A stretch of 64,000 bases of DNA from Clostridia bacterium (GTDB lineage: Bacteria > Bacillota > Clostridia > Oscillospirales > Acutalibacteraceae), in NCBI GenBank assembly GCA_017467405.1, contig JAFTSH010000001.1:229542-293541 (forward strand), written 5' to 3'. Each line of letters starts with the position of its first letter. Position 1 is the stretch's first letter. Shown here in pieces: positions 45,812 to 53,634 of the stretch. The notes under the pieces are model-generated. The model saw only the letters and a program-made list of their open reading frames with translations, was not told the DNA's origin and ran no database searches. A program made the translations under genes and the position numbers.

Positions 45812-46762
45812 ATGAAGCGTTTTATTAAAAGCACCATCGCCGTTATCGTTGCACTTACCCTTCTTGCAACCCTGAGCGTTGTAGGATTTTCGGCAAGCGC
45901 CAAGGATATCGCAGTTCTCACCGTCGTCACCGAAAAGGACGACAAAAAGGTTGAGGATATGTTTATTACCAAGGACGGCTCGCAAGCAGAGGAGACCTTC
46001 AACGTAGTTGACAGCAAAACCCTCGGCAACGCCGTCGACGGTCTGCCCGCAAAGGCCTATTCCGCTACCTTCAAGGCAGGATGTGGTAAGGACGGATTTA
46101 TAATCAAGACCGAGTCTCCCGATATTCCCGCCGAAATGCTGGCAGTAGACGAGCAGACCTGGGTTTTCGAGGCCTGGATCTACGTTGAGGATATGAACAA
46201 GGTCGGAGGAATCGTTCCCCGTCTTTACACCACCGACGGAATGATCTCCAGTGGCGGAAGCTACGTTGAGACCTATTTCTGGCAGGCAGCTTCGTTTAAG
46301 AGTGACGCCGCTCTTCAGAACGGATGGACTCACGTCAGCTTCGTGATGAAGAACAACAATGGTTGGCAGCCCAACAATCCGGCGTACGCTACTTATCAGA
46401 CCGAGAAGAAGGTTTGCGGAATTTCCTTCGTTGACCATTCGGGCGCCAAGGAAGATTACACCTTCGCCGTTGCAGGCGTAAGCCTTAAGCTGGTTGAGGC
46501 CGAGTCCTCCGTCGTGTCCAAGATAGGCATCCCCGCCGCCTCCTCCAAGGAAGCCGTCTCGAGCGAGGATGTCTCCTCTGCTGAGACCGTTACCTCCTCC
46601 GAAACCGTCACCTCTGCCGAGATCTCGAGCGTTGCCGACGTTACCGACGGCGCAGACGAGGGCGGAGTTCCCGCTTGGGTATGGATCGTCGTAGGCGTCG
46701 TCGCAGTAGCGGTCGTCGCAGGCGTCGTAGTGGTAGTCCTCAAAAAGGGCGCAAAGAAATAA
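45812..46762 (+). CDS. Hypothetical secreted, C-terminally anchored surface protein (S2; paralog of S1)
   Basis: Same architecture as S1, with shared blocks (VVGF.A.AKDIA, EAWIYV, YFWQ, GWTHVSFVM, NNGWQ, FAVAGVSLKLVE, IGIPAASSKEAVSSE, TSAEISSVAD). It ends with VPAW + TM + KKGAKK. Confidence 0.7.
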   Translation: MKRFIKSTIAVIVALTLLATLSVVGFSASAKDIAVLTVVTEKDDKKVEDMFITKDGSQAEETFNVVDSKTLGNAVDGLPAKAYSATFKAGCGKDGFIIKTESPDIPAEMLAVDEQTWVFEAWIYVEDMNKVGGIVPRLYTTDGMISSGGSYVETYFWQAASFKSDAALQNGWTHVSFVMKNNNGWQPNNPAYATYQTEKKVCGISFVDHSGAKEDYTFAVAGVSLKLVEAESSVVSKIGIPAASSKEAVSSEDVSSAETVTSSETVTSAEISSVADVTDGADEGGVPAWVWIVVGVVAVAVVAGVVVVVLKKGAKK

Positions 46763-46808
46763 TTTTTCGGCGCTTGTCCGAAGAAACGTTTCCGAAAGAT
46801 AACTGATT

Positions 46809-46847
46809 ACAAACGGCTCGGTTTTTACCCTGCCGTTTGTTTTTTTG
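46809..46847 (+). terminator. Intrinsic terminator after S2
   Basis: A 9-bp stem ACAAACGGC/GCCGTTTGT with a 14-nt loop, followed by TTTTTTT. Confidence 0.65.
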
Positions 46848-46916
46848 TGTTTAATCGCGGATAAAGCCAAAGCAGGGGAAAAGGCCCGTAAACTTAATCA
46901 ATCGTGACGAAAATGC

Positions 46917-46945
46917 TTGCAATTACGAACGGAATTTTATATAAT
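46917..46945 (+). promoter_or_regulatory. Promoter candidate for P2
   Basis: TTGCAA (46917-46922), 17-nt spacer, TATAAT (46940-46945). Confidence 0.55.
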
Positions 46946-47000
46946 AAAAAATATTGCACCGCATAAGCGGATGATATCAATAACAAAAGGAGTAATACGT

Positions 47001-48506
47001 ATGACAAAAGTTTCAAGGCTGCTCCGTGTAGCGGCACTGATGCTTGCCGTAATGCTCTCTCTTGCACTCTTTGCAGGCTGCAAGAAGGACAAAGAAACGG
47101 TTTCGTCAAAAGAGGCTTCACAGGTCACCACCTCGATGGATAACACCGAGATAGTCGATCAGTACGCCGACAAGAACCACCCCACCCTTCCCGAAACGAT
47201 GGACCTCGGCGGATTTGAGATGACCTTTGCCACCCCCTCGCCCAAGTACATCATCCCCGAAGAGGGTAGCTCTCCCGAGGAGGATCTCATAATCGAGGCT
47301 CTCCGTGAAGCACAGGATAAGTATAACTTCACCGTCTACGTAATGCAGGTAGAGCAGGACGGATGGGACGAGGCCATGACCGCCATCGTCGCAGGTGAGG
47401 AATACGCCAACGTCCTTATGCCCTGTATTCACCAGTCGGGTGCCTTCCTGCAGTCAAGACTCTGCGCCGACTATCTCCAGAGCGACATCGCTCAGTACAT
47501 AGATCAGACTCAGCCATGGTGGAACGATACGATGGCCTACGCCTCCAACGTTCTCGGCTCGGTCTACGCCGGCGCTTCGGCCATTCAGTCTCCCGCGGAC
47601 GCTACCTACGTCGTTTTCTTCAACAAGACCCTTGCAATGGAGCTTGGAATCGGCGAAAACGAGCTCTACGACCTCTGGGACAAGAAGGAATGGACCTGGG
47701 ATGCCTTCGTAAAGTACGCCAAGCTGGCAGGTAAGGATCTCGACGGCAACGGCTCGGTCGACTCCATTAACGACCAGTGGGGCTACGTCGGTCCCGGATA
47801 CGACTCGGCTCAGGCCTTCTGCTCGAGCGCCAAGGTCGCATCGGTTACCACCACCGACGGTATGAACCCGACCTACACCTTCAACACCTCTCACGCCATC
47901 ACCACCCTTACCAAGCTTAACCAGCTCTATACCACCGACGGAATCTATTGCTACGACAGCTGGGATAACGTCAACAGGACCTATACCAAGATGTTCGCAG
48001 CAGGTCAGGCACTCTTCTTCACCACCGGACTCAGCGGAATTACCGACGAGCTCGTCAGAGAGATGGAAGACGATTGGGGAGTTCTGACCTATCCTCTCGG
48101 ACCCAAGGAGGGCGGCGGCTGGCAGGATAAGTACATGTCCCGAGTCAACCACAACTTCCGCCTCTGCCTCATCCCGACCACGGTTGAGGATAAGGCTTCG
48201 ACCGCTTTCGTTCTTGAATCCATGACCTTCAACTACTTCAAGATCATCAACGAAAAGGTTGATACCTACGCAACCCTTTACTGCCGTGACGACAAGTCGG
48301 TTGAGATTGCAAACACCGTTTACAATACCTCAACCTACGAGATCTCGCAGTTCCTCTATTCGATCAATAACCACGCCTGGAACGCTCAGATCGAGACCAA
48401 GATCAGAGATCTTGTCAAGCAGGCAAACTACGACGTCTCGGGTAACATGAACTCGGTTGCCGAGCTCGGACAGCAGATGATCAACGATTATTTCAACGGT
48501 ATCTGA
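47001..48506 (+). CDS. Putative solute-binding-protein-like lipoprotein (P2), 501 aa
   Basis: MTKVSRLLRVAALMLAVMLSLALFAGC lipobox plus the family blocks (see P3-P5). ATG at 47001 follows an AAAGGAG RBS. The ORF-track start at 46917 is the -35 hexamer. Confidence 0.8.
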   Translation: MTKVSRLLRVAALMLAVMLSLALFAGCKKDKETVSSKEASQVTTSMDNTEIVDQYADKNHPTLPETMDLGGFEMTFATPSPKYIIPEEGSSPEEDLIIEALREAQDKYNFTVYVMQVEQDGWDEAMTAIVAGEEYANVLMPCIHQSGAFLQSRLCADYLQSDIAQYIDQTQPWWNDTMAYASNVLGSVYAGASAIQSPADATYVVFFNKTLAMELGIGENELYDLWDKKEWTWDAFVKYAKLAGKDLDGNGSVDSINDQWGYVGPGYDSAQAFCSSAKVASVTTTDGMNPTYTFNTSHAITTLTKLNQLYTTDGIYCYDSWDNVNRTYTKMFAAGQALFFTTGLSGITDELVREMEDDWGVLTYPLGPKEGGGWQDKYMSRVNHNFRLCLIPTTVEDKASTAFVLESMTFNYFKIINEKVDTYATLYCRDDKSVEIANTVYNTSTYEISQFLYSINNHAWNAQIETKIRDLVKQANYDVSGNMNSVAELGQQMINDYFNGI

Positions 48507-48524
48507 TCGGTATAGCCCAATAAT

Positions 48525-48557
48525 CGGCACGGCCTTTGGACCGTGCCGTTCTTGTTG
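48525..48557 (+). terminator. Intrinsic terminator after P2
   Basis: Stem CGGCACGGCC/GGACCGTGCCG followed by TTCTTGTTG. Confidence 0.7.
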
Positions 48558-48634
48558 TAAAGAGTTTCGATATGGTCCAAATCAGCTGTATCTATCCGGA
48601 AACGGACAAATTCAGCCGATTATGACAAAATCAC

Positions 48635-48663
48635 TTGAATAATGAATCAGGTTGCACTATAAT
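48635..48663 (+). promoter_or_regulatory. Promoter candidate for P3
   Basis: TTGAAT (48635-48640), 17-nt spacer, TATAAT (48658-48663). Confidence 0.55.
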
Positions 48664-48716
48664 TATTAATATGCGGGGGATTGTCCCGTGTTCAAAACCG
48701 AAAGGAGTAAATAAGT

Positions 48717-50222
48717 ATGACAAAAGTTTCAAGGCTGCTCCGTGTAGCGGCACTGACGCTTGCCGTAATGCTCTCTCTTGCACTCTTTGCAGGCTGCAAG
48801 AAGGACAAAGACACGGCTTCGTCAAAAGAGGCTTCGCAGGTCACCACCTCGATGGATAACACCGAGATAGTCGATCAGTATGCCGATAAGAATCACCCCA
48901 CCCTTCCCAAAACGATGGATCTCGGCGGATTTGAGATGACCTTTGCCACCCCCTCTGTCAAGACTATTATCCCTGAGGAGGGATCTTCCCCCGAGGGCGA
49001 CCTGATTCTTGAGACACTCAGAGAGGCACAGGAAAAGTACAACTTTACCGTTTTGGTAATGCAGATAGAGCAGGACGGCTGGGACGAGGCTATGACCGCC
49101 ATCGTCGCCGGTGAGCAGTACGCCAACGTAATGATGCCCTGCATCCATCAGTCCGGCGGCTTCCTTCAGTCCAGACTCTGCGCCGACTATCTCCAGACCG
49201 ACATCGCTCAGTACATTGATATGAACCAGCCCTGGTGGAACGATACGATGGCCTACGCCTCCAACGTTCTCGGCTCAGTCTATGCCGGCGCTTCGGCCAT
49301 TCAGTCTCCCGCAGACTCGACCTACGTCGTTTACTTCAACAAGACCCTTGCCGGAAAGCTTGGAATCGGCGAAAACGAGCTCTACGACCTCTGGGACAAG
49401 AAGGAATGGACCTGGGACGCCTTCGTAAAGTATGCCAAGATGGCAAACAAGGACCTCGACGGCAACGGCTCGGTCGACTCCATTAACGACCAGTGGGGCT
49501 ACGTTGCTCCCGGTTACGACTCGGCTCAGGCATTCTGCTCGAGCGCTAAGGTCGCATCGGTCACCACCACCGACGGTATGAACCCGACCTACACCTTCAA
49601 CACCACCCACGCAATCACCACCCTCACCAAACTCAACCAGCTCTTCACCACCGACAAGATCTATTGCCTTGCAAGCTGGGACAATACCAACAGAACCTAT
49701 CTCAAGATGTTCTCAGCAGGTCAGGCACTCTTCTTTACCGGCGGACTCGGAAGCATGACCGGCGAGATGATCAGAGACATGGAGGACGATTGGGGACTTC
49801 TGACCTATCCTCTCGGACCCAAGGAGGGTGGCGGCTGGCAGGATAAATACATGTCCCGCGTTGACCACAACTTCCGCCTTTGCCTGATTCCGTCGACGGT
49901 TGAAGACAAGGCCTCTACCGCCTTCGTTCTTGAAGCTATGACCTTTAACTACTTCAAGATCATCAACGAAAAGGTTGATACCTACGCAACCCTTTACTGC
50001 CGTGACGACAAGTCGGTTGAGATTGCAAACACCGTTTACAATACTTCTACCTACGAGATCTCGCAGTTCCTCTATTCCATCAATAACGGATCCTGGAACT
50101 CACAGATTGAGACCAAGATCAGAAGCGTTGTTCAGGTAACTAACTATGACGTTTCGGGTGAAATGAATACGGTTGCCGACCTCGGACAGCAGATGATCAA
50201 CGACTATTTCAACGGAATTTAA
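48717..50222 (+). CDS. Putative solute-binding-protein-like lipoprotein (P3), 501 aa
   Basis: Collinear with P2 without indels, at roughly 90 percent aa identity by eye. Lipobox LFAGC. Confidence 0.8.
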   Translation: MTKVSRLLRVAALTLAVMLSLALFAGCKKDKDTASSKEASQVTTSMDNTEIVDQYADKNHPTLPKTMDLGGFEMTFATPSVKTIIPEEGSSPEGDLILETLREAQEKYNFTVLVMQIEQDGWDEAMTAIVAGEQYANVMMPCIHQSGGFLQSRLCADYLQTDIAQYIDMNQPWWNDTMAYASNVLGSVYAGASAIQSPADSTYVVYFNKTLAGKLGIGENELYDLWDKKEWTWDAFVKYAKMANKDLDGNGSVDSINDQWGYVAPGYDSAQAFCSSAKVASVTTTDGMNPTYTFNTTHAITTLTKLNQLFTTDKIYCLASWDNTNRTYLKMFSAGQALFFTGGLGSMTGEMIRDMEDDWGLLTYPLGPKEGGGWQDKYMSRVDHNFRLCLIPSTVEDKASTAFVLEAMTFNYFKIINEKVDTYATLYCRDDKSVEIANTVYNTSTYEISQFLYSINNGSWNSQIETKIRSVVQVTNYDVSGEMNTVADLGQQMINDYFNGI

Positions 50223-50256
50223 CCTCCGGTTGATCAACGAAGCTTATCAAAATTCG

Positions 50257-50292
50257 GAAACGCACGCCAAACCGCGTGCGTTTCTTTATTTT
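50257..50292 (+). terminator. Intrinsic terminator after P3
   Basis: An 11-bp stem GAAACGCACGC/GCGTGCGTTTC followed by TTTATTTT. Confidence 0.85.
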
Positions 50293-50328
50293 ATCTACAT
50301 AAATAACATACTTTTGTGACAAAGGCTC

Positions 50329-50356
50329 TTGATTTTGTGCAAAAAATATATATAAT
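50329..50356 (+). promoter_or_regulatory. Promoter candidate for P4
   Basis: TTGATT (50329-50334), 16-nt spacer, TATAAT (50351-50356). Confidence 0.5.
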
Positions 50357-50438
50357 TAAACTGAAAGTTGAATTAATACGTGGTTTGATTCTGACACACG
50401 TATTTTTTTATCTTTACAAAATAAAAGGAGTTTTTTCA

Positions 50439-51944
50439 ATGACCCGTATCACATCAAAAGCGTTGCGCTTCGCAGCTCTGATGCTGGCTCTCGTGCTTTC
50501 TCTTGCACTTTTTGCCGGCTGTAAGGGTGATAAGGATAACGCCTCCTCCAAGGAAGCCGCCTCCGAAGTCACTACCTCGCTCGACAATACCGAGGTTGTC
50601 GATCAGTACAAGGAAAAGGATCACGAGCGTCTTCCCGAAACCCTCGATCTCGGCGGATTTGAGATGACCTTTGCCACCCCCTCGACCAAGTCGATCATCC
50701 CCGAAGAGGGCAAGTCGGCAGAGGGCGACCTTAAGCTTGAGCAGCTCCGCGCCGTTCAGGACGCCTACAACTGCACCATTATGGTCCGTGAGGTTACTCA
50801 GGACGGTTGGGGCGAGGCCATGACCGCCATCGTCGCCGGTGAGCAGTTTGCCAACGTAATGCTTCCCTGCGTTCATCAGGCAGGCGGATTTATCCAGTCC
50901 AGACTTTGCGCAAACTTCCTCGATCCTCAGATCTCGCAGTACATAGACCAGAGCGATCCCTGGTGGAACGATACGATGGCCTACGCCTCTAACGTTCTCG
51001 GTGAGGTTTACGCCGGCGCTTCGACCATTCAGAACCCCGCCTCCGCTACTTGGGTTATTTATTTCAATAAGAACATCGCCAAGGACGTCGGAATCGGCGA
51101 GAACGAGCTCTACGACCTCTGGAAGAAGGGCGACTGGAACTGGGATGCTTTCGTAAAGTATGCTAAGCTTGCCGTCAAGGATCAGGACGGCAGCGGCACG
51201 ATGGATTCCGAAGAGGACAGATGGGGCTTCGTTGCTCCCGGCTATGACTGCTCGCAGGCATTCGCCTCCTCCGCCAAGGTTGCCTCCGTCACCACCACCG
51301 ACGGTATGAACCCGACCTACACCTTCAACACCACCCACGCCATCACCACCCTCACCAAGCTCAACCAGATCTTCAATACCGACGGAATCTACACCATCCT
51401 CAGCTGGAACAACGGCAGCTACAGAAAGATCTTCACCGAAGGCAACAGCCTCTTCCTCGGCTACATGCTTTCCATCATGGGATCAGACGATATGCGTGAG
51501 ATGGAAGACGATTGGGGCCTCCTTCCCATTCCCAAGGGACCCAAGGAGGGCGGCGGCTGGCAGGATAAGTATATGTCCCGCGTTGACCACAACTTCCGTC
51601 TTTGCCTCATTCCCTCGACCGTAGAGGATAAGGCATCGACCGCTCTCGTCCTCGAAGCGATGTCCTACAAGTACTTCCAGATCATCAACGACGAAATCGA
51701 AACGATGGCAATTTCCTACGCCCGTGACGATACGACCATTGATGTTGCCGCTACTGTTTACAACACCTCTACCTTCGAGATCTCGCAGTTCCTCTATTCC
51801 ATCAACTCCGGTGCATGGAACTCACAGGTCGAGACCAAGATGCGTGACATCGTAAGAACTCCCAACTATGACGTTTCGGGTTCGATGATGGGTGCCGCTG
51901 ATCTTGCTCAGCAGATGATCAACGACTACTTCAACGGAATCTAA
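50439..51944 (+). CDS. Putative solute-binding-protein-like lipoprotein (P4), 501 aa
   Basis: MTRITSKALRFAALMLALVLSLALFAGC lipobox, collinear with P2/P3. ATG at 50439 follows an AAAGGAG RBS. Confidence 0.8.
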   Translation: MTRITSKALRFAALMLALVLSLALFAGCKGDKDNASSKEAASEVTTSLDNTEVVDQYKEKDHERLPETLDLGGFEMTFATPSTKSIIPEEGKSAEGDLKLEQLRAVQDAYNCTIMVREVTQDGWGEAMTAIVAGEQFANVMLPCVHQAGGFIQSRLCANFLDPQISQYIDQSDPWWNDTMAYASNVLGEVYAGASTIQNPASATWVIYFNKNIAKDVGIGENELYDLWKKGDWNWDAFVKYAKLAVKDQDGSGTMDSEEDRWGFVAPGYDCSQAFASSAKVASVTTTDGMNPTYTFNTTHAITTLTKLNQIFNTDGIYTILSWNNGSYRKIFTEGNSLFLGYMLSIMGSDDMREMEDDWGLLPIPKGPKEGGGWQDKYMSRVDHNFRLCLIPSTVEDKASTALVLEAMSYKYFQIINDEIETMAISYARDDTTIDVAATVYNTSTFEISQFLYSINSGAWNSQVETKMRDIVRTPNYDVSGSMMGAADLAQQMINDYFNGI

Positions 51945-51967
51945 GCTTTCGGATCAATTAACCTTAA

Positions 51968-52009
51968 AAGAAACGCAATGCCTTTTGCATTGCGTTTCTT
52001 ATCTTTTTT
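51968..52009 (+). terminator. Intrinsic terminator after P4
   Basis: A 14-bp stem AAGAAACGCAATGC/GCATTGCGTTTCTT followed by ATCTTTTTT. Confidence 0.88.
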
Positions 52010-52042
52010 GTGTGCAAATTGACTCCTTTTGTTCCTTGCGTC

Positions 52043-52071
52043 TTGAATCGGATCAAAAAAACAAATATAAT
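52043..52071 (+). promoter_or_regulatory. Promoter candidate for P5
   Basis: TTGAAT (52043-52048), 17-nt spacer, TATAAT (52066-52071). Confidence 0.55.
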
Positions 52072-52112
52072 TACGGCGAAATAACTACTCGTTAAGTGAA
52101 AGGAGTTTCGTT

Positions 52113-53618
52113 ATGTCCCGTATTATCTCAAAATCAGTCAGACTTGCAGCGGCTCTGATGGTGCTCGTGCTTTCTCTCGCACTTTTTGCCGGTTGTAAGG
52201 ATGATAAAGGCAGCGCGTCCTCGGACGGCGCCGCATCCAAAGATACGACCTCGCTTGAAAATACCGAGGTTGTCGATCAGTACAAGGATAAGGAACACGA
52301 GTTTTTGCCAGAATCCCTCGACCTCGGCGGCTACGAGGTGGTTTTTGCTACCGGAAGCACCGAAGATATAATCCCCGTTGAAGGTGAGAGTGCAGAGGGA
52401 GATCTCAGACTTGAGAAGCTTCGTGAGATCGAGGGGAAATATAACTGCAAGGTTATGGTTATGGAAGCCCCGAGCAAATGGGACGAGGCCATGACCGCGA
52501 TCGCTTCTGGTGAAGAATACGCCAACGTAATAATGCCCCGTATCCACCAGTCCGGCGGATTCCTTCAGGCAAGACTTTGTTCCGATTTCCGTTCCTCGGA
52601 GATCTCTCAGTACGTCGATCAGAGTCAGCCCTGGTGGAACGAAACGATGGAATACTCCTCCAATATCCTCGGTAAGGTTTATGCCGGTGCCTCCGCAATG
52701 CAGAATCCTGCGGGCACTACCTGGATAGTCTATTTTAACAAGAGGATCGCCAAAGACCTCGGAATAGGCGAGAACGAGTTGTACAATCTCTGGGAGAAGG
52801 GTGAATGGAACTGGGATGCTTTCATAAAGTATGCCAAGATGGCGGTCAAGGATCAGGACGGCAGCGGCAAGCTTGATTCCGAAGCCGACAGATGGGGTCT
52901 CGTTGCGGCGGGTTACGACTGCGCACAGGCATTTGCTTCTTCTGCAAAGGTCGCGTCGGTCAATACCGAGGACGGTATGAACCCGACCTATACCTTTAAT
53001 ACTCCCCACGCGATTACCACCCTCACCAAACTCAACGCGCTCTTTACCACCGACGGTATATATTGCGTGTCCAGCTGGGATAACAGGAGCTACGGTACGA
53101 TGTTCTGCGAAGGTAACAGCCTTTTCTTCGCCTACACCTTCCAGTCTATGTCGGCTGATACTATGCGCGAAATGGAGGACGACTGGGGTATTCTTCCCAT
53201 GCCCAAGGGACCCAAGGATGGCGGCGGCTGGCAGGATAAGTATATTTCCCGCGTCGACCACAACTTCCGTCTTTGCATGATTCCCGCTACTGTAGAGGAC
53301 AAGGCTTCAACCGCCCTCGTGCTTGAGGCGCTGACCTACAAGTACTTCCAGATCATCAACGACGAGATCGAAATAATGGCAAACGCCTACCTGCGTGACG
53401 ATAAGTCGGTCGAGATCGCAAATACGATATACAACACCTCAACCTACGAGATCTCGCAGTTCCTTTATTCGATAAACAACGGCGCGTGGAACAAAAACGT
53501 CGAGAATCATATGCGCGGAGTCGTCAGGACTTCCTACTACGATATTTCGGGTAACATGAACTCGGTCGCCGATCTTGCTCAGCAGATGATCAACGATTAC
53601 TTCAACGGAGTGACCTGA
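52113..53618 (+). CDS. Putative solute-binding-protein-like lipoprotein (P5), 501 aa
   Basis: MSRIISKSVRLAAALMVLVLSLALFAGC lipobox, collinear with P2-P4. The first family cysteine is replaced (MPRIHQ). Confidence 0.8.
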   Translation: MSRIISKSVRLAAALMVLVLSLALFAGCKDDKGSASSDGAASKDTTSLENTEVVDQYKDKEHEFLPESLDLGGYEVVFATGSTEDIIPVEGESAEGDLRLEKLREIEGKYNCKVMVMEAPSKWDEAMTAIASGEEYANVIMPRIHQSGGFLQARLCSDFRSSEISQYVDQSQPWWNETMEYSSNILGKVYAGASAMQNPAGTTWIVYFNKRIAKDLGIGENELYNLWEKGEWNWDAFIKYAKMAVKDQDGSGKLDSEADRWGLVAAGYDCAQAFASSAKVASVNTEDGMNPTYTFNTPHAITTLTKLNALFTTDGIYCVSSWDNRSYGTMFCEGNSLFFAYTFQSMSADTMREMEDDWGILPMPKGPKDGGGWQDKYISRVDHNFRLCMIPATVEDKASTALVLEALTYKYFQIINDEIEIMANAYLRDDKSVEIANTIYNTSTYEISQFLYSINNGAWNKNVENHMRGVVRTSYYDISGNMNSVADLAQQMINDYFNGVT

Positions 53619-53634
53619 TCCATAACGTGAAATA

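Noticed and set aside
46917-47000. N-terminal extensions in the ORF track. Examples are 46917 for P2, 50316 for P4, 44654 for S1, 12427 for DUF1934, 4735 for aroE-aroK, 8188 for aroA, 17125 for malQ and 18746 for glnS.
   Set aside because: The extensions overlap upstream genes or promoter hexamers and lack an RBS. Internal starts with good Shine-Dalgarno spacing give canonical N-termini (signal peptides, Rossmann folds, HIGH motifs).
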